DNA of 64,000 bases from Minisyncoccota bacterium (GTDB lineage Bacteria; Patescibacteriota; Minisyncoccia; Phycocordibacterales; JAQTLZ01): positions 15,650 through 79,649 of the forward strand of contig JAQTLZ010000001.1 in the NCBI GenBank assembly GCA_028714635.1. Direction: 5' to 3'. A program made the position numbers and the translations under genes. The notes under the pieces are model-generated. The model was not told the DNA's origin. It worked only from the letters and a program-made list of their open reading frames with translations, and searched no databases. The stretch's first letter is position 1, and the number at the start of each line of letters is the position of its first letter. Below, piece after piece: positions 29,573-39,455 of this stretch.

Positions 29573-30148
29573 TTGTTTCCTCAACCGCGTTACCAGATTA
29601 TTTACGCCGATCCGCCCTGGCGCTACTCGAAGTTCCGTCATTGGCGCGTCATGGGCAAAGGCATCGCTGCCTATTACGAAACACTGACGACCTCGGAAAT
29701 CGCGGCACTGCCAGTTTCCAAAATTGCGGCCGGCGACTGCATCCTGTTTCTGTGGACGACGTTTCCGCGCTTGCCCGATGCTCTGGCCGTGATCGCGGCC
29801 TGGGGCTTCACGTACAAAACGGTGGGATTCACCTGGCTCAAACTCAATGCTCGGAACGGCAAACCGTTCTTCGGCATGGGCCACTACACCCGGAGCAATT
29901 GCGAAGTCTGCCTCATCGGCGTCAAAGGCAGGTCGCTGCGCGTGAGCAACCGCGTCTCGTCGGTGGTCTTTGCTCCCCGGCAGGAGCACAGTCGCAAGCC
30001 GGATGAAGTTCGGGAGCGGATTGTCACGCTCTGCGGCAACCGGCCCCGCATTGAACTGTTCGCCCGTGAACGGGTGTCCGGCTGGGATGCCTGGGGAGAC
30101 GAAGTGAAAAGCGACATTGAACTTGCGCCGCCATCGGAAGCGTCCTGA
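29573..30148 (+). CDS. MT-A70-family N6-adenine DNA methyltransferase (orphan)
   Basis: IIYADPPW motif; TTG start; first gene inside the element's left end. Confidence 0.75.
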   Translation: MFPQPRYQIIYADPPWRYSKFRHWRVMGKGIAAYYETLTTSEIAALPVSKIAAGDCILFLWTTFPRLPDALAVIAAWGFTYKTVGFTWLKLNARNGKPFFGMGHYTRSNCEVCLIGVKGRSLRVSNRVSSVVFAPRQEHSRKPDEVRERIVTLCGNRPRIELFARERVSGWDAWGDEVKSDIELAPPSEAS

Positions 30149-30211
30149 TCGTTATGTCTCTTTTCTCCAACCCTAAATTTTGGTTCCTTACTCATAACGA
30201 GGGGAACGCAT

Positions 30212-30808
30212 TTGTCGCTTTGTCGAAAGCGGAAGGGTTGGGGAAAAGGGAAGCTGGCGCTTCCATGGCCGTGCTTCATTACCATGTATTATTTCATCGT
30301 CTCGAAGGGCCTCCTCGATGCCAAGCACCGCAGAAGGATGGGCGTTGCAGTTTGGGAATTTCTTTGGTGCTTGGACCGCGTGACTAAAATCAATGCAGAT
30401 GGCCTGGGCCTTGTCCTCGGCGGCAAGCCGGTCAACCTCTGCGATTTCACCGGCAGCCTGGGGACTTCAGAGGTCACAGTCAGCCGCAACCTGCAAAAAC
30501 TGGCCCGCTGGAATTATCTCACGCTCGTCCATGCGCCCTACGGCATCGTCATCCAGGTGCCAAAAGCCAAGAAGAGGTTTGTCAAAAATGCTAATCCACA
30601 CGGAATCCACAGGTTTAGCGGAAATGATCGGCCTGGATTTATCAAATCTGCTCAACCTCCCTTCAGAAATGATAAACCTGACTTCAGAAGTGATAAACCT
30701 AATAAGAGAAGTAAGGATGAGAATGAAGATGAGAAAGGGCTTATCGCCATGAATGCACTCATCGAGGAAAGAAAACTGGAGATTTCACGCCTCGTAAAAT
30801 CACTATGA
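30212..30808 (+). CDS. Winged-helix DNA-binding protein (putative replication initiator or regulator) with a Lys/Asp-rich tandem-repeat tail
   Basis: GVAVWEFLWCLDRV...GTSEVTVSRNLQKLARWNYL wHTH-like region; TTG start with a GAGGGG SD, alternative ATG at 30284; C-terminal FRNDKPDFRSDKPNKR tail encoded by tandem 21-bp repeats. Confidence 0.45.
   Translation: MSLCRKRKGWGKGKLALPWPCFITMYYFIVSKGLLDAKHRRRMGVAVWEFLWCLDRVTKINADGLGLVLGGKPVNLCDFTGSLGTSEVTVSRNLQKLARWNYLTLVHAPYGIVIQVPKAKKRFVKNANPHGIHRFSGNDRPGFIKSAQPPFRNDKPDFRSDKPNKRSKDENEDEKGLIAMNALIEERKLEISRLVKSL
30654..30738. repeat. Repeat R1a: two tandem 21-bp units (TTCAGAARTGATAAACCT...) at the 3' end of the wHTH gene; copy of R1b
   Basis: ~90% identical by eye to 58052-58135. 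Confidence 0.7.
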
Positions 30809-31023
30809 CTGAAATTGAACAAATCCAAAATATTATGCTCGCCAAAGCCGTGTACGCCCTGAGCGAGATTCAGCGCACCGTTGGCCGGTTCAAAAACCAG
30901 AAACGCGCGCTCAACCGAATTGAAGCCGTAGCCAGCCGGTCCCTCCACGAGATTGACGTGCTCAAGGAGACGGTTGGCATGAAAATCAGGAACAGGGAAG
31001 GTCTCGGCACGATCAAATTCTGA
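30805..31023 (+). CDS. Hypothetical small protein (72 aa)
   Basis: 4-bp overlap with the upstream gene; its 3' end is duplicated downstream of the giant protease gene. Confidence 0.4.
   Translation: MTEIEQIQNIMLAKAVYALSEIQRTVGRFKNQKRALNRIEAVASRSLHEIDVLKETVGMKIRNREGLGTIKF
30931..31023. repeat. Repeat R2a (~93 bp), 3' end of the small ORF; copy of R2b
   Basis: ~88% identical by eye to 35651-35743. Confidence 0.7.
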
Positions 31024-31198
31024 CCTGTGGTTTTCTGGTTGTCGCTCAAGAGTCACACGAAGCATGTGCCTCACAACTTATTTGAAACCCCCATCCTCGC
31101 GTTCGCGAGAGCGGGGTTTCTTGTCCACATTGTCCCCCTTCCTTCACCGGTAGTGGATGCTGTATACTACATACTGATATTATTTCAATTCGAGAGGC

Positions 31199-34100
31199 AT
31201 GAAAACAATCCACGAGAAACTTCAGAACGGAAGCCAAGCCTACGCCGACTGGCACAACAAGCCGGCGCATCCGTATGTTCATGGAGCGATCTATGTAGCC
31301 GTCCTCTTTTTTGCTATTCAAGCGGTAGCTATCGACACGAATTCTCTTATTGACAGTTATTTTAGCTCAACATCTTTTGTTACAATTGCCGTCCGCTCGC
31401 TTGCCACTAATGTCAAAGCCCTGACAGACAAAGCGGTCTTCCTGGCTGAAGCGTTGCGTTCGTATCCGGAAAATCAAAGACCGGCGCTTTCCGCCGAACT
31501 TGAACAGACTCTCGCGAATCGCTTTGCCGCGCTCTCACGTCTTGCCGACAGCAACTCGCAGAGTTTCCTTTCCTCGATCTTTACGGCGGAACAGAGAGCG
31601 CTCATGCCCGCATCGGTTGCTTCCGCAATAGAGACGCCTGTCAATCCGAATGATACCTATACCTATCTGGTGAAGCATTCTGATGAAGGTCTTTGTGAAT
31701 CTCCGGCGCACTCCGACAATCCCAAAGCTCCTCCGCCTGCCGAAAAGCACTGCGATGCCCGCGGCATTTTCCAAGACCGCTTGAAAGGCAAAGACGGCAA
31801 CATTTTTGAAGCTCATTTTGGGGGCAAGAAACCGCGCCTCGGCGAACAAATCAAAATCAAGAAAGGCCAGAGAGTGGGCCAGCAGATTGTTGTATCGGCA
31901 GATGCCGATGCTACTGAAGTGGTTGCTCCGATAAAGGCGCAGTTGGGCGCAGGTGGCGCAGGCGCAGGCGGGTCAACCTCAAGCATGCCGACGACGGGTG
32001 TTAAAACCGTGCTCTACATGCTCGTCGGTTTTCCCGATGTCGTTGATACCACAGGATCAATTACGGGTACGGTAGGTGGAATACTTGCTCCGGGATTGCC
32101 GGGATCGTCTGGATCGTCACAGGTTAGCGAAGCTCAGGCTATGACTGACGCTCAATCAGAAATGGGAAAGGTGAATCAATTCCTGTCGGATAATTCCCAC
32201 GGTTTGACTTCATTTTCAACGGTCGTCACTCCGCTTCTTGTTTTGCCCAACACCTCAACTTATTATGCGAGCCATACATCCTTCCCATACGGTGATGACC
32301 TGATCCAGGCCGATGCCCGCGCTGCCGCCCTCGCCAAAGGGTATAACTATCTGGATTACACTCTTGATGCCGTCCGTTACAACGGCAGTTACGGCAATTT
32401 CGGCGGCGAAGCATACATTGGCAGCCGAGGCGTGTGGCTCAAGTCATCCCGCTTTACCGTGGCGGCTCATGAATTCGGCCACAACTATGGTCTTTTCCAC
32501 GCCAACACATGGGTTACTACTGATGGGACGACGCTTGGAGCTGGCGCGAATCAAGAGTATGGTGACTTATTCGACAGCATGAGCAGCAGTTCGTTGGGAG
32601 GATATTTCAACGCATTTGAAAAATATTGGTTGCAATGGCTTCCTCCTGCAAACACTACGTCAGTCACCACAAGTGGCACGTATGCTGTCAGTTCCTTCGA
32701 CCAGCCCGCTTTCAGTGCTGGACTCAAATATGCTCTCAAAATTACCAAAGATACCGATCGCGATTATTGGATCGGTTTTCGGCAGGGTTTCCCGGCAAAT
32801 ATCTGGGAGACGAATGGCGCTGAAGTGCTTTGGGATCCTTGGACAAATAGCAACGGCGGCAGCCAGCTTTTGGACACGAACCCTGGCGGTACGAATGGCT
32901 GGAATGACGCCGCACTTGTTGTTGGTCGCACTCTTGCGGATACCAGCGCAGGAATATATATAACACCGATACGTAAAAATCCGGCAAATGGGACAGTCCC
33001 CTCATCAATAGATGTGGTGGTAAATCTCGGCGCATTTTCCGGAAATGTCGCCCCAACCCTTTCTGTGGCGCCAAGCGCGACTTCCATTCCGATGTATCAG
33101 CCTGTTACTTTTACCCTGAACGCAAATGACGGGAACGGGGATGCTTTGGCATACTACTGCGATTTCGGAGACAAAACATTCAGCAACATGAGCGCTGGTG
33201 TTCTTTCTAAGGTATACGTTGCGCCCGGCACATTCACGGTTATGTGTGAAGTTTCCGACATGAAAGGCGGAAAAGCGACAGCGGCAACGAGTCTTACGGT
33301 AACGGCTGCTGCCCCTCTCAACAATATGTTCGCCAATGCTTTTGTTCTCACAGGCTCAGCAGCGAATGCGACCGGCGCGAATAATTACGCTACGAAGGAA
33401 TCCGGCGAACCGACTATCGCCAGCACGATCGGCGGCAAGTCGGTCTGGTGGACGTGGACCGCGCCCGCTTCAGGAGCGACCACCATCGCTCTCGCGGGAA
33501 GCAATTTTGATACGCTCCTCGGCGTCTATACCGGTACGGCAGTCAACGCTCTCACCCTCGTCGCTTCAAATGATGATAATGGAACTTCGCCTCGAAGCAG
33601 GGTTGTCTTTAATGCTACGGCGGGAACGACATACCACATTGCAGTAGATGGATATGGCGGGTCATGGGGAAACATTGCTCTTTCTGTGTCCGGGCCTTCC
33701 GCCACTGTCAATACAGCGCCGACTGTCGCCACTTCCGCCAGCGTTTCCCCAAGTCCTGTGACGGGAACCACCGCTACACTTTCTGCTCTTGGCACTGATG
33801 ATGGGGGAGAATCCGCACTCACCTATACTTGGGCTGTTACGGGCACACCTCCTGGTCCTGTCGTCTTTAGTACAAATGCAACCAATGCCGCAAAGATAAC
33901 CACTGCTACTTTCGACAAAGCCGGTACTTACAACCTCCAAGTTACTGTCAAAGATGCTGGTAATCTATCAGTCACAAGTTCTGTTACGGCAACAGTCAAT
34001 CAAACACTCTCCACTCTTTCTGTCACACCAGCTACGGCAACGGTTTTGACTTCCGGAACGCAACAATTTAGCGCGGTTGCAAAAGACCAGTTTGGAAATC

Positions 34101-35632
34101 TGCTCACCGTGGCGCCCGCCCTCACCTGGGCGGTTTCGGGCGGCGGATCGATCAATTCCGCCGGCCTCTTCACTGCTGGTTCCACCGCGGGCGGGTCGTT
34201 CACGGTCACGGCCACCAGTGGCGCGGTGTCGGGCACAGCCACAGTTACGGTAGGCGCCGTGCCAATTCTCACGACAATTTCCGTGTTCCCAAGCTCCACG
34301 CTGGTCGCGACTAACGGAACCAAGCAGTTTACCGCAACGGCCAAGGATCAGTTTGGTGTTGCGCTTTCACTTCAGCCAACATTCACTTGGAGCGTTACTG
34401 GCGGAGGTACTATTTCTTCCACCGGCCTTTTCACTGCGGGGTCCACTTCAGGCGGGCCTTACACTGTGGCGGCGTCAAGTGGTGGTGTCAGTGGCACGAC
34501 TACTCTCTCGGTCATCGTCATTCCGGTGCTAACGACAATTACCGTTTCTCCTTCCAATCCAACTGTTCAGCCGGGAGGAACCCAACAATTCACCGCGACT
34601 GGAAAAGATCAGAATGGCAGCACTCTCACGTCCCAACCGACATTCACCTGGAGCGTCTCGGGTGGTGGCACGATGAGCGCAAGTGGTCTCTTTACCGCAA
34701 GCGCCACCGCGAAGGGTTCGTACACGGTTACTGCGACAAGCGGCAGCGTTTCTGGAACTGCTTCCGTCAGTGTTCCTGCCGTCCTAAAATCCATCACTCT
34801 TTCTCCTTCCAGCGCTTCAGTGCAGACAAACGGAACACAGCAATTTACAGCCCAAGGTGTTGATCAGACCGGCGCATCCATGACCTTCGCCCCGGTTTGG
34901 ACGGTAAATGGGGGAGGCACGCTCTCTTCGAGCGGCCTCTTCACTGCCGGAGGCACAGCGGGTGGTCCATACACGGTGACCGTCACCAACAATCCTGTTA
35001 CCGCAACCGCCAGCGCTTCTGTCACAATCACCGCGCCAGCTCCTGTTCTCACATCGATCACTCTTTCTCCGATCTCCGCTTCGCTTGTTTCCGGAGCGAC
35101 ACAAACATTTACCGCTACCGCAAAAGATCAAAATGGAACTGCGATGTCTCCACAACCAAGTTTCACTTGGACAGCAACTGGCCAATCATCACTTGCACCG
35201 AGCGGTTCTACAGCGACCTACACAGCGGGCAACACGGCAGGCGCTTCCTTTGGAATAACAGCTTCTTCGGGAGGGAAAAGCGCCACCGCTCCTATTAGTA
35301 TCACGGTGCCTGTGACACCGTCTCCCCCGCCACCAACAGGGGGAGATGTCACTCCGCCTACGGTCAGCTTGAAACCTCCGCCTTCTAATGGTGACATCAT
35401 ACAGAGAAGTACAAGGACTCTTTGGGCCAACGCCTCTGACAATGCAAAAATTGCCAAAGTGGAATTCTACGCCAACACCACTTTGCTTTGCACTGTCAAA
35501 CGCTCCGCCAATTTTTACTGCAATTGGGATCCGACCGGTAGCAGCGTCACCTACAATCTCACGGCAAAAGCCTACGACACGTCGAATAATTCCGCCGTCT
35601 CTCCTGTGGTCACAGTGACGACAGTTCCCTAA
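31199..35632 (+). CDS. Giant secreted/membrane-anchored zinc metalloprotease (HExxH) with PKD, pre-peptidase C-terminal (PPC) and ~12 Big_2 Ig-like repeats
   Basis: N-terminal TM helix; AAHEFGHNYGLFH zincin motif; PKD-like YYCDFGDKTF; PPC-like domain (TTYHIAVDGYGGSWGNIALSVSG); repeated ~85-aa Big_2 units (GLFTAGSTAGGSFTVTATSG...TATVTV). Confidence 0.7.
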   Translation: MKTIHEKLQNGSQAYADWHNKPAHPYVHGAIYVAVLFFAIQAVAIDTNSLIDSYFSSTSFVTIAVRSLATNVKALTDKAVFLAEALRSYPENQRPALSAELEQTLANRFAALSRLADSNSQSFLSSIFTAEQRALMPASVASAIETPVNPNDTYTYLVKHSDEGLCESPAHSDNPKAPPPAEKHCDARGIFQDRLKGKDGNIFEAHFGGKKPRLGEQIKIKKGQRVGQQIVVSADADATEVVAPIKAQLGAGGAGAGGSTSSMPTTGVKTVLYMLVGFPDVVDTTGSITGTVGGILAPGLPGSSGSSQVSEAQAMTDAQSEMGKVNQFLSDNSHGLTSFSTVVTPLLVLPNTSTYYASHTSFPYGDDLIQADARAAALAKGYNYLDYTLDAVRYNGSYGNFGGEAYIGSRGVWLKSSRFTVAAHEFGHNYGLFHANTWVTTDGTTLGAGANQEYGDLFDSMSSSSLGGYFNAFEKYWLQWLPPANTTSVTTSGTYAVSSFDQPAFSAGLKYALKITKDTDRDYWIGFRQGFPANIWETNGAEVLWDPWTNSNGGSQLLDTNPGGTNGWNDAALVVGRTLADTSAGIYITPIRKNPANGTVPSSIDVVVNLGAFSGNVAPTLSVAPSATSIPMYQPVTFTLNANDGNGDALAYYCDFGDKTFSNMSAGVLSKVYVAPGTFTVMCEVSDMKGGKATAATSLTVTAAAPLNNMFANAFVLTGSAANATGANNYATKESGEPTIASTIGGKSVWWTWTAPASGATTIALAGSNFDTLLGVYTGTAVNALTLVASNDDNGTSPRSRVVFNATAGTTYHIAVDGYGGSWGNIALSVSGPSATVNTAPTVATSASVSPSPVTGTTATLSALGTDDGGESALTYTWAVTGTPPGPVVFSTNATNAAKITTATFDKAGTYNLQVTVKDAGNLSVTSSVTATVNQTLSTLSVTPATATVLTSGTQQFSAVAKDQFGNLLTVAPALTWAVSGGGSINSAGLFTAGSTAGGSFTVTATSGAVSGTATVTVGAVPILTTISVFPSSTLVATNGTKQFTATAKDQFGVALSLQPTFTWSVTGGGTISSTGLFTAGSTSGGPYTVAASSGGVSGTTTLSVIVIPVLTTITVSPSNPTVQPGGTQQFTATGKDQNGSTLTSQPTFTWSVSGGGTMSASGLFTASATAKGSYTVTATSGSVSGTASVSVPAVLKSITLSPSSASVQTNGTQQFTAQGVDQTGASMTFAPVWTVNGGGTLSSSGLFTAGGTAGGPYTVTVTNNPVTATASASVTITAPAPVLTSITLSPISASLVSGATQTFTATAKDQNGTAMSPQPSFTWTATGQSSLAPSGSTATYTAGNTAGASFGITASSGGKSATAPISITVPVTPSPPPPTGGDVTPPTVSLKPPPSNGDIIQRSTRTLWANASDNAKIAKVEFYANTTLLCTVKRSANFYCNWDPTGSSVTYNLTAKAYDTSNNSAVSPVVTVTTVP

Positions 35633-35650
35633 CAAGAAGCGCGCCCAAAA

Positions 35651-35743
35651 GCCAGCCAGTCGCTCCACGAGATTGGTGTTCTCAAGGAGACGGTGGGCAT
35701 GAAAATCAGGAACGGGGAAGGACTTGGCACGATCAAATTCTAA
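35651..35743. repeat. Repeat R2b (~93 bp) directly after the protease stop codon
   Basis: Continues in frame after the TAA and encodes ...SLHEIGVLKETVGMKIRNGEGLGTIKF*, homologous to the C-terminus of ORF 30805-31023. Confidence 0.7.
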
Positions 35744-35908
35744 CGCTGGTTTTGCGGCCACCCGGCTGCCTCGAAAAGTGGCTGCCAGTGCCGGCGTGCC
35801 CGGCAGAAAAGTCAGAGAAAGTTTTCATTGCGGGGCTGGTGAACTTGCATATACTCGCCATCACCTAAGCAAGTCGGGGCAGACAACAAGGTGAAAGGAG
35901 GAGGGGTC

Positions 35909-36418
35909 ATGCCGGAAGAAGTTCTCGGCGGGATGTGGGAAAGCATCAAGACAGAGTGGGAATCGGCCCGGCCACAGGTGACGGGGCATTGCACGCTCAT
36001 TGAAGATTTCCAAGCTTCGCCCACTCACTTTTACGGCCTCGTCGAAAAGGCAATTGAGCGCCGCAAGATTCCGGGTCTGCGCATGTCGCATGTCCTGCAT
36101 CGGGAAGGCTGGATCATGTCCGCGGCGCGCGAGTACCTGCGCGCCGAGCGCGGCAAGATTTCGTTTGAAATCTGCGGCGCGCCCTTCGGGACCGGGTTTT
36201 TCGTGTCGTGCCGCATGATCGTCATGCCGGAAAAGAATGGCATCTTCGCCCGGATTTGGAAGTTCCTGTTCAATCCCAACACCTTCTACCAAATGGACGT
36301 TGCCGCCATGTACCAATCGGCAATCGAATCAGCGGTGAAGGAAGCGAAGAACGAATTGACGCAGACGAAACTCTCCGTGCCGGGCCTGCGCACCAGCGCT
36401 GTTCCGGTGCTTGCGTGA
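35909..36418 (+). CDS. Hypothetical protein (170 aa), first gene of a three-gene operon
   Basis: Strong GGAGGAGGGG SD; no recognised family; ends 5 nt before the ATPase start. Confidence 0.4.
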   Translation: MPEEVLGGMWESIKTEWESARPQVTGHCTLIEDFQASPTHFYGLVEKAIERRKIPGLRMSHVLHREGWIMSAAREYLRAERGKISFEICGAPFGTGFFVSCRMIVMPEKNGIFARIWKFLFNPNTFYQMDVAAMYQSAIESAVKEAKNELTQTKLSVPGLRTSAVPVLA

Positions 36419-36423
36419 CGGCC

Positions 36424-39400
36424 ATGAGCGCAAACGAATACGCCCTGGCCCGGCCTCAAGCGCACGGCAGCACCGCCGATTTGGTCGCGAGCGAATTCTC
36501 CCGCTGGCTTGCCTTGGGGCAAGGCACGCGGGAATGGGATTTCCCTGTCTTTATCGAGCCGCCCTACAGTCCGATCATCGTCGCTCCCGCTGTTATCGAG
36601 GACGACGGCAGGCAGCCGACGATTCTCAGCGCTCTGGCGGATACCGTCGGCAACTGGCTGAGTCCGAAAAAGAGACCCGCGCCTAAAGCGAACACGGTCG
36701 TTGCCGGCGATCTCAATTGGCTGGCATTTCCCAATTGCAGCACGCCCGTTGAATTTCAAGCGCTCATTCCTCCGCACATCAGCATCCGCAAGGACAGCTT
36801 CGAGCAATTCTTAATGAGCGTCAGGTACTGCCACTTTCCGCTCTGTTTCGAATTGATCGGCCGCGCGGATTCGATCACGGTTCAACTGGTCGCGCAGCAA
36901 GATGACGTGGCGCACGTCGAACCGCAACTCGCGGCGCACTTTCCGGACATTGTCTTCGCTAAACGCACGGGGCATCTGGAAAAAGTCTGGCAGGAGACGG
37001 AAGGCGAGCATCGCTTTCTTTTTGGGTTCAGCCTGTTGCAGCCGTTTCTCCTGCCGCTCGAATCCTATCGGGGTTTTCCCGTCGATCCGCTCGTTGGCCT
37101 GGCTGGCGCACTTTCCGACATCCGCAAGGACGAGGCCGCCGTCTTCCAAGTGCTCTTTGAACCGGCGCGCAATCCGTGGCTTGAGACGCTGGCTCAAGTC
37201 GCCGAGTTCGCGCCGGAACTCAGCCCGCATATTCGCAAGAAGATTGCGTATCCGTTTTTTGCGGTGGTGGCGCGGCTGGCTTGCAAGGCCGCGAGTGAAG
37301 AGCGCTTGGTGCAATTGCTCAAGAATCTCGACGGCGCGATGCGCGTATTTTCAACCCCTGCTGGAAACGGATTGACCGTGCTTTCCAACAAGGGCTATTC
37401 GAGTGGCCGGCAGGAAATTGATCTGTTACTGCGACAAACGCACCGCAGCGGCATGTTGCTGAACAGCGACGAACTGCTGGGCCTTGCGCATTGGCCGACA
37501 CCCGCGGTGCGCACGCCGAAGCTGGACCGCGCCACGCGCAAGACAAGGCCGGCGCCCACGCTCTGCCTGAATCATGCGTTGACGCTCGGCACGAACAACC
37601 ACAACGGAGAAGACAGCACCGTGACGCTCGCGCCCGCGCAGCGCGTCAAGCACATGCACGTCGTCGGCGCGTCGGGCACCGGCAAGTCAACGTTTCTACT
37701 CAACCTCATCATCCAGGACATTGAAAACGGCGAGGGCGTCGGCGTGCTCGATCCGCATGGCGACCTTGTGGATGAAATTCTCGCCCACATTCCCGCAGAA
37801 CGCCACGACGATGTGGTCCTCGTCGATCCGTCCGATGAAGAATACCCGGTCGGTTTCAATATCCTTTCGGCGCACTCGAATCTCGAAAAGAACCTGCTGG
37901 CTTCGGACCTCGTTTCCGTTTTTCGCCGCCTGTCCACAAGCTGGGGCGATCAAATGACCTCAGTGCTCGGAAACGCCGTGCTCTCGTTTTTGGAAAGCAG
38001 CACTGGCGGCACGCTCTCCGATTTACGGCGGTTTCTGATTGAACCGGGCTTCCGCGCGGAATTTCTTGAAACGGTGCGTGACGAGGAAGTCGTGTATTTC
38101 TGGAAGAAGGAATTTCCGCTCCTCTCCGGCAAGCCGCAAGCATCGCTGTTGACCCGGCTCGATTCCTTCCTGCGCCCCAAGCCGATTCGCCACATGGTTT
38201 GCCAGAAGGAGAACAAGCTCGACTTCGCGAGCATCATGGATTCCAAGAAAATCTTTTTGGCGAAACTCTCGCAAGGATTGATCGGGCAGGAAAACTCATA
38301 CCTGCTTGGCTCGCTGTTCGTCTCGAAATTCCATCAACTTGTCATGGGCCGTCAGGAAGTGCGCCAGTCCGAACGTGAAAACTTCTGGCTCTACCTCGAC
38401 GAATTTCAGAATTTCGTCACCCCGTCGATGGCGGCGATTCTCTCCGGCGCGCGTAAATACCGCCTCGGCCTTATTCTCTCGCACCAGGACATGCACCAAC
38501 TGGTGAGCCGCGATCCCGATGTGGCAAATGCCGTCCTTGCCAACGCCTTTACGCGCGTCTGTTTCCGGCTCGGCGACTCCGACGCGCGGCGCATGACCGA
38601 AGGCTTCTCGAATTTCGATGCTCACGATTTGCAGAGCTTGGGCACCGGCGATGCAATCTGCCGCATTGAGCGTTCCGCCTTCGATTTCAACATGTATACC
38701 GCATTGCCGGAACTCGTTGACGAAGAACTCGCCGAAGAACGGCGGCGGCGCATTCGGGAATTTTCGCGCGCCAAGCACAGCAAGAGGCGGACGGAGCTTG
38801 AGCCGCCGCGAGGCCAGACTCCGGCAGCGCCAGCATTCCCCAAAGCCGAAGATACCACTCCCACGCCAGCGGCGCCGAGGCCCGAACCCGCGCCGCTCCA
38901 AATCGCCAAGTCCACTCCAGGCAAAGGCGGCCACGAGCACAAAGTTTTTCAGCAAGTGCTTTGCGATTGGGCTGGCGATCTCGGCTTTACGGCTGCAATC
39001 GAACAGGAACTTCCGAGCGGACAGGGCAGTGTCGATGTCGAAATCGAAACCGGCTCCGAATCCATCGCCTGCGAAATTTCCGTCACAACCAGTATTGCCG
39101 ATGAACTGAGCAATCTCACGAAATGCCTGACGGCCGGCTACGATCACCTGCTGATGATCTGCACCGATCGCGGCAAACTCGACGCCTTGAAACGCAGTGC
39201 CGCTGCCAAGTTTCCTGCTGACGCGCTTGAGCGGGTCCAGTTTGTGACGCCAACCGAAGCGTTCCAATTCCTGCATAGCTTGATCGACGGCGTCTCAATC
39301 ACGGCGAAAGGCGCGCTGTCAAGTTACGGATGCGACGTGCGCGTAAATTACCCGCCCGCCGCGAGCGCACCTTCCAGCAAGAAAGGCGGCGTGGCGCAAG

Positions 39401-39444
39401 CCGTCAGGAATGCCACCAAGCGTCTTCGCGACGGAAGAAAATAG
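36424..39444 (+). CDS. Large P-loop NTPase of the TraD/VirD4/HerA-FtsK (AAA_10/TraG-D_C-like) class, with a ~430-aa non-membrane N-terminal region and a C-terminal nuclease-like domain
   Basis: Walker A HVVGASGTGKST, VLDPHGD, Walker B LYLDEFQNF, and a LILSHQDMHQL motif; no TM helices. The C-terminal ~150 aa (VDVEIETGSESIACEIS) are acidic and possibly PD-(D/E)xK-like. Confidence 0.55.
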   Translation: MSANEYALARPQAHGSTADLVASEFSRWLALGQGTREWDFPVFIEPPYSPIIVAPAVIEDDGRQPTILSALADTVGNWLSPKKRPAPKANTVVAGDLNWLAFPNCSTPVEFQALIPPHISIRKDSFEQFLMSVRYCHFPLCFELIGRADSITVQLVAQQDDVAHVEPQLAAHFPDIVFAKRTGHLEKVWQETEGEHRFLFGFSLLQPFLLPLESYRGFPVDPLVGLAGALSDIRKDEAAVFQVLFEPARNPWLETLAQVAEFAPELSPHIRKKIAYPFFAVVARLACKAASEERLVQLLKNLDGAMRVFSTPAGNGLTVLSNKGYSSGRQEIDLLLRQTHRSGMLLNSDELLGLAHWPTPAVRTPKLDRATRKTRPAPTLCLNHALTLGTNNHNGEDSTVTLAPAQRVKHMHVVGASGTGKSTFLLNLIIQDIENGEGVGVLDPHGDLVDEILAHIPAERHDDVVLVDPSDEEYPVGFNILSAHSNLEKNLLASDLVSVFRRLSTSWGDQMTSVLGNAVLSFLESSTGGTLSDLRRFLIEPGFRAEFLETVRDEEVVYFWKKEFPLLSGKPQASLLTRLDSFLRPKPIRHMVCQKENKLDFASIMDSKKIFLAKLSQGLIGQENSYLLGSLFVSKFHQLVMGRQEVRQSERENFWLYLDEFQNFVTPSMAAILSGARKYRLGLILSHQDMHQLVSRDPDVANAVLANAFTRVCFRLGDSDARRMTEGFSNFDAHDLQSLGTGDAICRIERSAFDFNMYTALPELVDEELAEERRRRIREFSRAKHSKRRTELEPPRGQTPAAPAFPKAEDTTPTPAAPRPEPAPLQIAKSTPGKGGHEHKVFQQVLCDWAGDLGFTAAIEQELPSGQGSVDVEIETGSESIACEISVTTSIADELSNLTKCLTAGYDHLLMICTDRGKLDALKRSAAAKFPADALERVQFVTPTEAFQFLHSLIDGVSITAKGALSSYGCDVRVNYPPAASAPSSKKGGVAQAVRNATKRLRDGRK

Positions 39445-39455
39445 GTGGTTGCCGC

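Noticed and set aside
36286-39276. Numerous long antisense or alternative-frame ORFs (for example 36286-36807, 38296-39276) across the ATPase gene, and likewise across 31.5-35.7 kb and 43-51 kb
   Set aside because: High-GC DNA lacks stop codons in all frames; their products are low-complexity Arg/Ala/Pro-rich; the sense-frame proteins carry clear domains.
36424-39444. Calling the 1007-aa ATPase a canonical VirD4/TraD type IV coupling protein or an FtsK/TraB translocase
   Set aside because: There is no N-terminal transmembrane anchor and no FtsK gamma or beta motifs; the Walker A is GASGTGKST with a DPHGD box, closer to AAA_10/HerA-like. I therefore describe it only at superfamily level.
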